Shown: one piece after another, positions 16,086 to 26,384 of the stretch
Position numbering within the stretch: position 1 is the first letter of the stretch
Layout of the letters: every line of letters begins with the position of its first letter
DNA from: Euryarchaeota archaeon UBA53
GTDB lineage: Archaea; Thermoplasmatota; Poseidoniia; Poseidoniales; Poseidoniaceae
Reading direction: 5' to 3'
Assembly: GCA_002507425.1 (NCBI GenBank)
Contig: DAZU01000043.1
Span: 33,930 to 69,095 of the forward strand
Length of the DNA stretch: 35,166 bases
Position numbers and translations under genes: made by a program
Notes under the pieces: model-generated
The model's input: only the letters and a program-made list of their open reading frames with translations
Database searches by the model: none
Told to the model about the DNA's origin: nothing

Positions 16086-19085
16086 ATGGAACAGAGGGTT
16101 GTCACCGCAATATTCCTTGTTGCTATCATGTTAGTATCTGGATGCTTCGGCAATGAACGGACAGAAAGCGAAGATTTGGAAAGCAGTGTAGAAAATAAGG
16201 TGACATTTGCTGAGATTTCAATAAACGATCAGTTTCCATCTGTGCAAGTCAACGAGATCCTGATAATCGAAGGGACAACCATTCTTCCACCGTATTTGAT
16301 GGATGACGTCGTTTACACATATGAGTTTGAGACACCTACAGGATTAAGGAACGTTGAGTCGACTATTACAAAAACTGATACTGGTTTCAAAATAATCATG
16401 TCACCTGACGAACCTGGAGTTTGGAAAGTTAATGTCCTGATGATGCTAGATGAATATTTTGAGAACCCATATGATTCCGCATCGTTCAATGTTCTTATTC
16501 CCGATGAAGGTGAAACAATACTAACAACAGATGGAATTGTAACCATGGATAGGGCTGGAAATCTAGCGATATACGGCAGCGTATTCCACTCAAACACAAA
16601 TACCTGCGAAATTACCGATGGGGTCAGTTCAGTCACCCCCGACGTGAATGGTAATTTTGCTCTTGATTTGGGTTATATCGAAAATGGATTCAATATTACA
16701 CTAACTGCTAATTGCGGAGAATGGACTGACTCATTTGATACAAAATTAGTCAGAGTTTTGTTCCCGCCTGGAGGTGATATGGACGGAGATGGAGTCTCAG
16801 ATGAGGCAGATAGTTGTCCAAACGGACACGGAGCTAATGAGGGTTGGAAGTCAAACCAGGCAACAGATAGAGATTCTGATGGTTGTCATGATTTCGAGGA
16901 AGATCTTGATGATGACAATGATTTAATTGCAGATATTGACGATGATTGCGTATCTGAATTAGGTTGGGTAAGCACAGCAGCAAGTGACCATGACAGCGAC
17001 GGTTGTGCTGACTTGACTGAGGATGATGATGATGATAATGACCGTGTAATAGACACCTACGATCTTTGTGACAAGGGTGAAATTGGATGGGAGTCAAAAC
17101 CCTATACAGACTGGGATGGTGATGGGTGTAATGACCTATTAGAGGATGAAGACGATGACAATGACATGGTTATTGATAGCGCAGACAGTTGTTGGCGAGG
17201 TTTTTCAAACTGGATTAGTGATAGTGAATTTGACTATGATGGTGACGGGTGTTATGATTTATCGGAGGATAGTGACGATGACAATGATGGAGTCGAAGAC
17301 GTGAATGAGACTGGTGTAACATTAGATGAATGCCCAAGGTCACCCCTCAATGCTCAGGATGTTGATGAAAGAGGATGTGATGCAACGGAAAGGGACACAG
17401 ATGGTGACGGTGTTGTTGATGCTGATGATGAATGTCCAGGGACTCCTAATGGTAACGGTGTGAACAGTGTTGGATGTGCAGACTTAGACGGAGACGGAAT
17501 CTTCTCTAATGTTGATAATTGCTCAAACACAGAACAGAGATGGACCGTTGATTCAGAGGGTTGTGCGGTTTACCAGTTACCTGTCGACTGGAAAGAAAAT
17601 GGCCACGGCGATGGAAGGATGGATACTGTTGCACACTTTTCATTACCCACTTTGGACGGAACATGGTCTTTTAGAAATGAGTGGACTGGAAATGATGTAT
17701 ACATTTTCTTGTTCAAGTATACAGGCACTTCTGGTAATGGCAACAATGCTGACTGGTCTAGTAATCCAGGTTCGATGATTAGACAATTACCTAGTAATGC
17801 TCACCTTTTCTACGGGTCCTTCGACAATTCATACAAGAATGATATTCTATCAAGAAAAACTGCGGTTGAGAACGCATTAAACCCTGAAGAGGAACTAAAA
17901 TGGCAGGGACGCATACACTACATAGACCAAGATATGTCTACCGCTAGCGGGGGATTGGGGGATGTCATTAACAACTGGAATTCATTTTATTATGGTATTG
18001 ATAGATTCCAAAGGGCAAGAGAGATAGGTTCAATCTATGCTTGGACATCTCAAAGTAATGATATAACACATTGGGCATACGAAGCACGAATGTACAATTA
18101 TGAATTCAAGACCGAAATTAGGGAGAGTGATGCTAACATTCACAGTGTTACCATTGTGGATAAACTATGGCACTCTGGTGGCTGGGGAGGAGGATACACA
18201 TCAACATATGAAAACGTGAGTATCGGACTGCCAAGTAATATCTCCTCTTATGACACTCTCGAAGTTTTCCATGAGCATGCATGTGAGGATCGAAGAGACA
18301 GATATTCCAATTCAAACGGCGGATACTCTGGATGTCATGAGTGGGATTACCTTGCATACATGAAAATTTGCGACAGGGACAACAGTAGTAAGTGTGGAAC
18401 AGAATTTATGAGATGGATCACAACATATGGAAGGGAGGGGAGATGGCTAACCGATGTTTCTCCTTACCTTTTCATGCTTCAAGAGAATGAAACTAGGAAC
18501 TTCAGGTATCAGGGTGCGAACAAAGGCATGCTTACTGTAAAACTATATTTCTCAAACTGGGATAAAGGGGAAATTAGTTTCGAAGGAGAACGTATGTTTA
18601 CAGGAGGTCAATTTAATGGCCAATATAATAACGAGTCGACATACAAGCGCCAACACAACTTCACATCACTTTCAGATTATCACTCAGCCAAGATAGTGGC
18701 AACGATTACAGGTCATGGATTTAATCAGGATCAAGCTAATTGTGCTGAGTTTTGTGATCACGAGCATCACTACTATCTCAACGGCTATCAAGCATATGAG
18801 TGGCATCCGATAGTTGGCGATAACCAAGGTTGTGAAAAGGAAGTAGATAGGGGAGTGGTTGCAAACCAATATGGATCATGGCCATTCGGAAGAGCAGGCT
18901 GGTGTGCAGGCCAAGATGTAAAGCAATGGACATATGATATTACAGATTGGATTGACGATAATAGTACGAACAACTTGAGGTATCGTGGATTATACAATGG
19001 TCAGGAATATGTGCCTCAGGATACAAACGGTGGAGGCAGAAACATAGAAGCCAACATTTGGCTTATTTGGTATACTCAGAATTGA
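16086..19085 (+). CDS. Lipoprotein with thrombospondin type-3-like Ca-binding repeats and C-terminal peptide-N-glycosidase F-like domains
   Basis: Lipobox-like LVSGC and repeats DxDxDGC..DxDDDND. The C-terminus has EWDY, E..RWITTYGR, ITGHGF..CAEFC.H.H and W..GRAGWC.G. ATG 16086 is preferred. Confidence 0.82.
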   Translation: MEQRVVTAIFLVAIMLVSGCFGNERTESEDLESSVENKVTFAEISINDQFPSVQVNEILIIEGTTILPPYLMDDVVYTYEFETPTGLRNVESTITKTDTGFKIIMSPDEPGVWKVNVLMMLDEYFENPYDSASFNVLIPDEGETILTTDGIVTMDRAGNLAIYGSVFHSNTNTCEITDGVSSVTPDVNGNFALDLGYIENGFNITLTANCGEWTDSFDTKLVRVLFPPGGDMDGDGVSDEADSCPNGHGANEGWKSNQATDRDSDGCHDFEEDLDDDNDLIADIDDDCVSELGWVSTAASDHDSDGCADLTEDDDDDNDRVIDTYDLCDKGEIGWESKPYTDWDGDGCNDLLEDEDDDNDMVIDSADSCWRGFSNWISDSEFDYDGDGCYDLSEDSDDDNDGVEDVNETGVTLDECPRSPLNAQDVDERGCDATERDTDGDGVVDADDECPGTPNGNGVNSVGCADLDGDGIFSNVDNCSNTEQRWTVDSEGCAVYQLPVDWKENGHGDGRMDTVAHFSLPTLDGTWSFRNEWTGNDVYIFLFKYTGTSGNGNNADWSSNPGSMIRQLPSNAHLFYGSFDNSYKNDILSRKTAVENALNPEEELKWQGRIHYIDQDMSTASGGLGDVINNWNSFYYGIDRFQRAREIGSIYAWTSQSNDITHWAYEARMYNYEFKTEIRESDANIHSVTIVDKLWHSGGWGGGYTSTYENVSIGLPSNISSYDTLEVFHEHACEDRRDRYSNSNGGYSGCHEWDYLAYMKICDRDNSSKCGTEFMRWITTYGREGRWLTDVSPYLFMLQENETRNFRYQGANKGMLTVKLYFSNWDKGEISFEGERMFTGGQFNGQYNNESTYKRQHNFTSLSDYHSAKIVATITGHGFNQDQANCAEFCDHEHHYYLNGYQAYEWHPIVGDNQGCEKEVDRGVVANQYGSWPFGRAGWCAGQDVKQWTYDITDWIDDNSTNNLRYRGLYNGQEYVPQDTNGGGRNIEANIWLIWYTQN

Positions 19086-20251
19086 CTGGGCGGAGGAGCA
19101 GCGAGGTCTTCCAGGTTAGTATTAGGCGATGGAGTTTCCAACAATTCATAACGAGAGTTTCTGCGGCGAGGTTTGAATCCCGCTCGAACTATTACATCTT
19201 GTAGTTCATTCTCACTTGCTGATATTTTTTCAGTTCCCGACGCTGAGACAACATTTTCTTCCATCATAGTTGAACCGGCATCATCGGCACCGCCCAGTAA
19301 GGCCATTTGTGCTACTGACAACCCCATTGTAGGCCAAGAGGCTTGAATGTGATCGATATTGTCAAAGAATAGTCTTGATATCGCAATGTGACGAAGGTAT
19401 TCACTAGGTCCTGCGCCCAGCTCCAGACGATTTCGACCTCGATTCCTTCTGCCATAGACATTGTTCTCAAGCTGCACTGGCCATGCAACAAATGATGTAA
19501 AACCGTTCCCGTATTGGGAGAGACTTTCATCCTGAAGTTTTCTAACGCGGCGCATGTGTTCTATCCGATCACCAATTGATTCACCAAATCCAAATACATT
19601 GGTAGCACTTGTAATTAGTCCAAGCGATTGAGCTTCTGCCATTACCTTCAGCCAATTTGCAGGCGAACCTTTCTTTGGAGAAACATTTTTTCTTACATCA
19701 TCAACAAGCATCTCTGCACCACCTCCAGGTAAACCATGCATTCCTGAGCCTTTCAGTATCTCCAATACGTCTAGTGTCGATATTCCTGTAACCTCTGAGA
19801 TTCCTTCAATCTCAATAGGAGAAAAACAATCTAGGTCAATGCTTGGATGTAGTTTTCGTAAAGACTTGATTAAGTCCGTGTAAAAATCAATACCTAATTC
19901 GGGGTTTACTCCTCCTTGCATTAAGATTCGTGACCCACCTATTTGCTCAAGTTCTTTGACTCTTTGGCTAATTTCCTCAACCGTTTGGGTGTAATTTTCT
20001 TCATGTCCTGGCGGCCGATAAAATGAACAAAATTGGCAATTGATTGTACACACATTGGTGTAGTTTATGTTACGGTCGATAAGATATGTTACTTCTTCAT
20101 TACCATTCATCTGGATTCTGCGTGCATTAGCAGCTCTTCTGATAGATTGTAAGGGTGCGTCACGGTATAGTATAACGGCTTCTTCTGGAGTCAATCTGTC
20201 TCCAGTTGAGGTGTGATTATCTAGGATTTTTCGCCAAGACATAGTTTCCAC
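19076..20251 (-). CDS. mqnC: Radical SAM cyclic dehypoxanthinyl futalosine synthase (CofH/MqnC family)
   Basis: RNINYTNVCTINCQFCSFYR, MQGG.NP, PGGGAE, HIQASW and GSTMMEENVVSA. The start may be ATG 20242. Confidence 0.85.
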   Translation of the reverse strand: METMSWRKILDNHTSTGDRLTPEEAVILYRDAPLQSIRRAANARRIQMNGNEEVTYLIDRNINYTNVCTINCQFCSFYRPPGHEENYTQTVEEISQRVKELEQIGGSRILMQGGVNPELGIDFYTDLIKSLRKLHPSIDLDCFSPIEIEGISEVTGISTLDVLEILKGSGMHGLPGGGAEMLVDDVRKNVSPKKGSPANWLKVMAEAQSLGLITSATNVFGFGESIGDRIEHMRRVRKLQDESLSQYGNGFTSFVAWPVQLENNVYGRRNRGRNRLELGAGPSEYLRHIAISRLFFDNIDHIQASWPTMGLSVAQMALLGGADDAGSTMMEENVVSASGTEKISASENELQDVIVRAGFKPRRRNSRYELLETPSPNTNLEDLAAPPPSQF

Positions 20252-21616
20252 TCAACCAGACCCAATTAACGATTCAATATTAGTAATTGTTTTTGGGCAA
20301 TCCCCTGAAAGTACTTCTGGACCATCTGTTGTGATCAAAATATCATCTTCGACCCTGATTCCAATATTTTCATATTTTTTCGGACATTCAACATCTCTTC
20401 TCCATGATCCAAAGTATAATCCTGGTTCAACGGTTATTACCATCCCCTCCTCAAGCAACCTTGGTTCCCCACCAGGCTTGTAAATACCCACATCATGAAC
20501 ATCAATGCCTAACCAATGTCCTGTATTGTGCATATACCATTTATTCAGATCCCCGTCGGGAGATAAGGCTTCATCCAATTCTTGGTCAATAACACCCAAC
20601 TTTATCAGCCCCTTTGCCAATACCTCTCTAGCGGCCAAATGTGGTGCATCATAAGAATTACCAACCTTGCATGCTTCAATCCCAGCAAGTTGTGAATCCA
20701 GAACTAGTTGATAAATTTCCGCTTGAGATTCGCTAAATACTCCATTTGCTGGCCATGACCTAGTTATATCTGAAGCATAGCCTTCATACTCACACCCTGC
20801 ATCAGTAAGGATAATTTCACCATCATTACAAATGTCTTTATTTTCTGTATAATGTAATATTGTAGCATTTTCACCACTTCCAATTATACAAGGGTAGGCG
20901 CTTCCAGTTGTTTTAGAATATTTGAAAAATCCTTCGATCAAACCTTCTAACTGATATTCTCCAATTCCTGGCCTCGTGTTTTTCATAGCAATAATGTGAG
21001 CTTGACTAGCGACTTTTGCGGAGTAACGCATCAATTCTACTTCTGCAGCGGATTTTCTCAGTCGCAATTCGTTAATCATCTGGGATGGGTCGCAAATACT
21101 GTCTGGTCCAAATCCGTGTTTTTGACGTTCCCTCGATTGTGTTTTCATCTCAGACTCTACAATCTCATCGACCTTAGGATTTATTCCCAAGCGCATGAAT
21201 ACTCGACTGGACTTCCGGATCATTTTGGATAAATTATCATTTAATTCATCATACGAATAAGATTCGTCAACAGGCCAATCGTTTTTTGCCCCCTCCAGTC
21301 CAGGTCTTCTTCCCTCCCAGATTTCCTTCAGGGTATCGGAAGGTTGTACGAATAGAGCGGTTATCCAATTCCCATCTTTGTTGTAAGCACAAAACAGCGA
21401 ATCTGGGTCCTTCCAGCCACAGAAATACAACATATCACTGCTGCACCTGTAAGGATACTTGACATCGTTTGACCTTGTTGATGTTGGGGGATTAGGAATT
21501 ACAATTAGGTCATTAGGCTTCAATTGTGATAACAATCTAGACTGACGAATGCGGTATTCTTCATTGCTTATACTGGCAGGTATTCGACCAACCTCCTGAG
21601 TATACACGTCCCACAT
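20252..21616 (-). CDS. pepP: Xaa-Pro aminopeptidase (M24B)
   Basis: IWEGRR, LHY, DAGCE..GYASDITR, HNTGHWLGIDVHD, TVEPGLY and GIRVEDD. Confidence 0.95.
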   Translation of the reverse strand: MWDVYTQEVGRIPASISNEEYRIRQSRLLSQLKPNDLIVIPNPPTSTRSNDVKYPYRCSSDMLYFCGWKDPDSLFCAYNKDGNWITALFVQPSDTLKEIWEGRRPGLEGAKNDWPVDESYSYDELNDNLSKMIRKSSRVFMRLGINPKVDEIVESEMKTQSRERQKHGFGPDSICDPSQMINELRLRKSAAEVELMRYSAKVASQAHIIAMKNTRPGIGEYQLEGLIEGFFKYSKTTGSAYPCIIGSGENATILHYTENKDICNDGEIILTDAGCEYEGYASDITRSWPANGVFSESQAEIYQLVLDSQLAGIEACKVGNSYDAPHLAAREVLAKGLIKLGVIDQELDEALSPDGDLNKWYMHNTGHWLGIDVHDVGIYKPGGEPRLLEEGMVITVEPGLYFGSWRRDVECPKKYENIGIRVEDDILITTDGPEVLSGDCPKTITNIESLIGSG

Positions 21617-21713
21617 GTTCCTTGGGTAGGAGGACTGATTATTCAGTGCTTTGTAGATATACAGTCAATTTTTCTTGTTGGATTGTTGAGGTTAGTGTAG
21701 AAGTATACAGGCT

Positions 21714-23183
21714 CTATTCTTTCTCTTCAGAAGCCGATTCCCATTTAGGTAGCGACTCAGATTTGTTCTTTTTAGTAAGAATAAATCCTAGAATGAACAA
21801 GGTTACAAACACAATGGTAATCAATATAGGAAATGTTTCTTCTTGGCTATCAATAGGTGAATCAGATGTAGGCTCGAGAACTGTTACTTTGAATTCTTGG
21901 GAATCAGAAGCGCCATCATCATCTGTCACAACCAACATCATTTTGTGACTACCAACGTCTAAATCATTAACAGTTATTTGGTTTGTATTTGAGATGAGTA
22001 TATCGTCTAAAAACCACTGAATTTGTATTTCACGCAAATCGCTAATTGTGTCGTGAATGTCTGCTTCCAAAATTAACTCTTCGCCAAGAGACAGTAAGGC
22101 GTTTTGTGAATTTATCTTTACATCCGACAAGACTTCGATCCCTACCGATGGAGGTAGATTAGACACTGATAATTCACATGATGTGCTTGTTAAACGACCA
22201 ACAGAATCGATCACATCTAAATTCACATGATAATTGCCAGACAATGTAGGGTTTAGTGAGAAAACCATACCTTCAATCTCATCCTCAGTTGCAACCCTTT
22301 GTAGGCCATCGGGTTGCAAAACTGTCCACACAGACTGCAAGTCACTCCCCCATATTCCATCATGCGACCCACTTCCATCAAACAGAACTGTTTCGCCCTC
22401 ATTAGCAGTACTTGGTGCTATAATCTCAGCGATCGGATTTGTCTCGTCTACATTTAACTCAAAATTTATCACTGGAGATACCAACAAGAACGGATTGTGT
22501 AATTCATACTGGAATTGCCACTTTCCATCAGTAAGCGAAAAGTTGTTTGTGTCCAATTGAATTGATAATTGATGTTTCATAGAACTAGTGTTGTATGTAA
22601 GTTGAATCTGTTTGTTGTGAATTTCTCCCATACAGGCCCCGTAAGGAGAATAACACCAAGACAAATTAAGAGTTGATTCATTGATTGGGATAGAATGTAA
22701 AGATTCTGCATTGATTGTGAATCGACCGTCAAGAGTGATGTTTTCTTGATGTAATGGCAAAAGCATAGGAGCATGTGGTCCATCTCCAATGAAAACGACA
22801 CGTGTTAGTGTCTGCACACTATCAGCATGTGGTTGAGTAACCTGTATCATACATATACAATCATACTGCTCAACATCAATTTGTATGCTCCAACTCCATA
22901 GGCTTTCATCGATTGGTGTTACCTCGGTAAAAAATTCTCCTGAGGATATTATGTTGTGGTAAGAATATTCTTCTGTAATGTCAATCAAAACCCAAGACGC
23001 AGTTTGCGGCTGTAATGTTGTTGTTCCGGTAATTTGGAGCGTATTGTTATGCCACTGACCATTTTCACTATCGCTGTGTAGTATTGCTTGATTTTCATCC
23101 ACCGAATCATAGCCAGAGGTTAAGGGAACATAACAAACTAATAGCATAATCAAGATAAAACCTGATTTGCTTGAAACAGTCAT
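21714..23183 (-). CDS. Surface protein with PKD/Ig-like domains and C-terminal TM anchor
   Basis: Signal peptide, PKD-like motifs FDGSGSHD and LVVTDDDGASDS, and a C-terminal TM followed by a basic tail and LPKW. Confidence 0.8.
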   Translation of the reverse strand: MTVSSKSGFILIMLLVCYVPLTSGYDSVDENQAILHSDSENGQWHNNTLQITGTTTLQPQTASWVLIDITEEYSYHNIISSGEFFTEVTPIDESLWSWSIQIDVEQYDCICMIQVTQPHADSVQTLTRVVFIGDGPHAPMLLPLHQENITLDGRFTINAESLHSIPINESTLNLSWCYSPYGACMGEIHNKQIQLTYNTSSMKHQLSIQLDTNNFSLTDGKWQFQYELHNPFLLVSPVINFELNVDETNPIAEIIAPSTANEGETVLFDGSGSHDGIWGSDLQSVWTVLQPDGLQRVATEDEIEGMVFSLNPTLSGNYHVNLDVIDSVGRLTSTSCELSVSNLPPSVGIEVLSDVKINSQNALLSLGEELILEADIHDTISDLREIQIQWFLDDILISNTNQITVNDLDVGSHKMMLVVTDDDGASDSQEFKVTVLEPTSDSPIDSQEETFPILITIVFVTLFILGFILTKKNKSESLPKWESASEEKE

Positions 23184-23186
23184 TCT

Positions 23187-26100
23187 TCACTCCTCAAACG
23201 CATTGCATAGTTGTCCCTGACCAGGGAAACTGTTGATATCTCTTGGATTTGTATCCCACTTATATTCGCAGTAATTGATGTGCCCATCACCATCTGTGTC
23301 AACCATTCTATCGACATTATCAAATGGGTCGAAGTTGAAATAATACTCCCATCCTGTTGCCATGCCATCATCATCGTGATCCTGATAGTAAACTTCGGGA
23401 CCATCATCCCAATCATCACCATCAGTATCATTAGTGATTGGGTTTGTTCCGTTTATGAATTCCTCATAGCTGGTGTAATTCTCTAAATTGTCAAAGAAGG
23501 CTTTCCCTTCAGGAGTATCAGGGTTAATGTGACAGTTGCTTGACTGTGGATCATTGTAGGATGGACAATATTTTGCTATTAATCCCGTTCGGTTTAATCC
23601 ATCATTATCAGGATCTTCCATTCCGTCATCGATTCCGTCGCCGTCAGAGTCTTTCAATGAGGGGTCCATTATTCCTCGAGCTCCATTGACTTCATACGTT
23701 GCATTATCTACTAAACCAATAATAAGAGCCTGTTCAGAGTATTTCACTTCCCATCCATCAGGTAGCAGGTCACCATCTGTGTCATCATCAACAGGATTGG
23801 TATCCCAACGATCGGGAGCCTCAGCAGCATTGGCTAATGTATCGTTATCGATATCATATGTATCATCTTTCATCGAACCTTCTGATGGATCTAACGCCCA
23901 TCTACCATTGCAGCTGCAAAGTGCATTGTTAGGAGTATTGAAATTAGTTAAATTCATTTCATAAATTTCGTATTTCTTTTCGAGGATAAACCCGCCTAAC
24001 CAGTTCTTCCAGGCATAACCACCCTCATCCAAACCACATTCAATCATCGATTCACATCCTGGTGGTAACCACAAATCGGTTGAAACCCAAAGTGAGTGGG
24101 ACCTTGAGTTATCCTCAACTGATTCTACTTGCATTTCCCAGCCATCTAGCATTCCATCTGCATCTGTGTCATTGATTAATGGATTTGTAGGATTCTGGAA
24201 TGGGCGGGGAACGAACAAAACCTCGTGACCGTCAATCAAGCCGTCACTGTCTGTGTCTGAGTTATTTGCGTGGGTGAGGAAATTATCTTGACCTAGAATT
24301 ACTTCTTCACCATCTTCAAGGCCATCATTGTCAGTATCATACATACAAGGGCTTGTGAAGTACTCCTCACCATACCATGTAAAGCCATTCAAAGCTTCGG
24401 CTTGATCTCCTAAACCATCCCCATCAGTATCTGCATTGGATGCGTTGGAACCAGTATCACATACGTCATTGAATTCCTTGAAATCAGATAGGCCGTCCTC
24501 GTCAGTATCCCAAAGTCCAGGATCTGAAGTGACCCGAGTTGTTTGAACACCCCGATTGACAACTAAAATATCCCAACCAATTACCTCGATTCCGTCTTTC
24601 AATCCATCTCCATCTGTGTCAGGATTCATCGGATCTGTTGACCTTCCATCAATTATCCCATCATTATCTGAGTCTCTAGCATTGTACTCCATCAAATTGG
24701 TGAACATTTCATCTAATTCTACTATCTCAACCCACACATCTAGCCGGCTTTCTATTGTGTCACCTACTTCTACATTGATAGCATAAACATAACCTTCGAC
24801 GGGGGATAGTAGTGGAACCACTTGCTGATTGCCTCCTGAAAGTGTAATTCTTGCTCTAGCTACTGTTTGGTTAACGCTAACAAAGTCATCAAGTTCAACG
24901 TCGATTGCAACTACAAGGGCTATGTTTTCTAATGTTGAGAATACTACTAATCCGTCTCCGTCAGCATCATATCCATCCCTATCCGGGTCTAAATCTCCGT
25001 TTGAACCATCCCTTGGATCAAGTCCATTTGTTGCTTCCCATCCATCTGGCATACCGTCCTCATCAGTATCTTTGTGCCATGGCGAGGTAAATTTCTCTTC
25101 ACCAAATATCAAAGCAACTTGATATTCCTCGATGTTGTTCATACCGTCTTCATCCCAGTCTCCATACCCATCAGAATTGTTGGCAGGATCTAATAGTTGG
25201 GATGCAGCAATTGCTGTTCCAGTTTGGGGATGTTCTGCGACATGTGCAAAGCAAAATTCGAACCCATCTGGCATCCCGTCTCCGTCAGTATCCCAATCTG
25301 AGGGCCCATTCATCAGGCCATCTCCGTCCATATCTTGCTTGAACCAAGCGAGTCCATCAGCTGCAAAGGAAGCGAAAGGCGCAGTCCTACTAACTTCATC
25401 TAGTAGACTCATTCCACAATTTTGGCCAGTTGCTTTCTTTACATTTATGTTAGACTCAGAAATTTCGTCTTTGTCATCAAGCAAATCTCCATCTGAGTCA
25501 GCCATTAGCGGGTTCGTTCCGTATTTTTCCTCTTGAAGGTTGAACAATCCGTCATCGTCAGAATCAAGCACCTGATCACAGGAATGTTGATTATCGGCGT
25601 TTGCTAAATCCTCCCAGTTCCCTAGGTCATTACTTCCATCAAAGAAACTGCTTATTCCGGATTTCAATAAATCTGTCAATTCTGGGCAATCCCAGTTTGC
25701 AGATAATGGATCGAATAATGTATAATTACGCTCGGGATGAAAAACAAATTTCTTGTACTCTACTTCCCATTTATCATTAAGGCCATCCCCATCTGTATCT
25801 GCTAATCTTGGGTTAGTTCCTTCTTCCGCTTCAACTTCATTGATTAGGCCATCTCTGTCAGGATCGCCTTTTGGACCATCATCTGGGTCAGGCCATGAAT
25901 CATCTTCCTCCTGAATTTCAGCATCGGTAGATGCGCCACCACTAGCGTCATTTAATTCCTCTTCAGATTCTCCGTTATCAAGAGGGTTAAGGCCATTTTC
26001 AACTTCCCAACCATCTAGAAGTCCGTCATCATCGGTATCGTTATCATTTTTGTCCGTTCCTATCAAATCTTCAACAACATTCTTTAGACCATCATTATCA

Positions 26101-26282
26101 TCATCACCAGAATCAGTTATTGGTCCAGTTCCCTCTCCAATCAAATCATCTTCGTATGCGGGATCAAAATCTCCGGCTCCTTCGCTTGTTTGAAAGAAAC
26201 CAGTAGCTCCAACGAATAGTGATCCGAAAATTAAGGTTGATACAATTGCAACGTAAGCCATTTGGTTGTGTGACATTGACAT
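23187..26282 (-). CDS. Large acidic surface protein with many DxDxDG(L/M)xDGWE Ca-binding (TSP3-like) repeats
   Basis: N-terminal TM anchor and more than 20 D(T/S)DxDG-type repeats with 'TNP/DP' linkers. SD-like AGGAGA lies upstream. Confidence 0.85.
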   Translation of the reverse strand: MSMSHNQMAYVAIVSTLIFGSLFVGATGFFQTSEGAGDFDPAYEDDLIGEGTGPITDSGDDDNDGLKNVVEDLIGTDKNDNDTDDDGLLDGWEVENGLNPLDNGESEEELNDASGGASTDAEIQEEDDSWPDPDDGPKGDPDRDGLINEVEAEEGTNPRLADTDGDGLNDKWEVEYKKFVFHPERNYTLFDPLSANWDCPELTDLLKSGISSFFDGSNDLGNWEDLANADNQHSCDQVLDSDDDGLFNLQEEKYGTNPLMADSDGDLLDDKDEISESNINVKKATGQNCGMSLLDEVSRTAPFASFAADGLAWFKQDMDGDGLMNGPSDWDTDGDGMPDGFEFCFAHVAEHPQTGTAIAASQLLDPANNSDGYGDWDEDGMNNIEEYQVALIFGEEKFTSPWHKDTDEDGMPDGWEATNGLDPRDGSNGDLDPDRDGYDADGDGLVVFSTLENIALVVAIDVELDDFVSVNQTVARARITLSGGNQQVVPLLSPVEGYVYAINVEVGDTIESRLDVWVEIVELDEMFTNLMEYNARDSDNDGIIDGRSTDPMNPDTDGDGLKDGIEVIGWDILVVNRGVQTTRVTSDPGLWDTDEDGLSDFKEFNDVCDTGSNASNADTDGDGLGDQAEALNGFTWYGEEYFTSPCMYDTDNDGLEDGEEVILGQDNFLTHANNSDTDSDGLIDGHEVLFVPRPFQNPTNPLINDTDADGMLDGWEMQVESVEDNSRSHSLWVSTDLWLPPGCESMIECGLDEGGYAWKNWLGGFILEKKYEIYEMNLTNFNTPNNALCSCNGRWALDPSEGSMKDDTYDIDNDTLANAAEAPDRWDTNPVDDDTDGDLLPDGWEVKYSEQALIIGLVDNATYEVNGARGIMDPSLKDSDGDGIDDGMEDPDNDGLNRTGLIAKYCPSYNDPQSSNCHINPDTPEGKAFFDNLENYTSYEEFINGTNPITNDTDGDDWDDGPEVYYQDHDDDGMATGWEYYFNFDPFDNVDRMVDTDGDGHINYCEYKWDTNPRDINSFPGQGQLCNAFEE

Positions 26283-26384
26283 GTTGAGAATCTCCTAGAG
26301 CTAATCTAAACACATCCACCACTGTTCTACAAATAAACCTTGATGGTATATGATTTGTAAGTATATTATATCAAAAGTGATATT

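Noticed and set aside
16776-17570. Repetitive GAT/GAC-rich DNA here and at 23187-26282 as a possible CRISPR or tandem repeat
   Set aside because: The repeats are degenerate at DNA level and are explained by Asp-rich protein repeats. There are no identical repeats with spacers.
26283-26384. AT-rich intergenic region with a weak TGAT...ATCA dyad
   Set aside because: The symmetry is too imperfect, and the region is compatible with an ordinary promoter or terminator.
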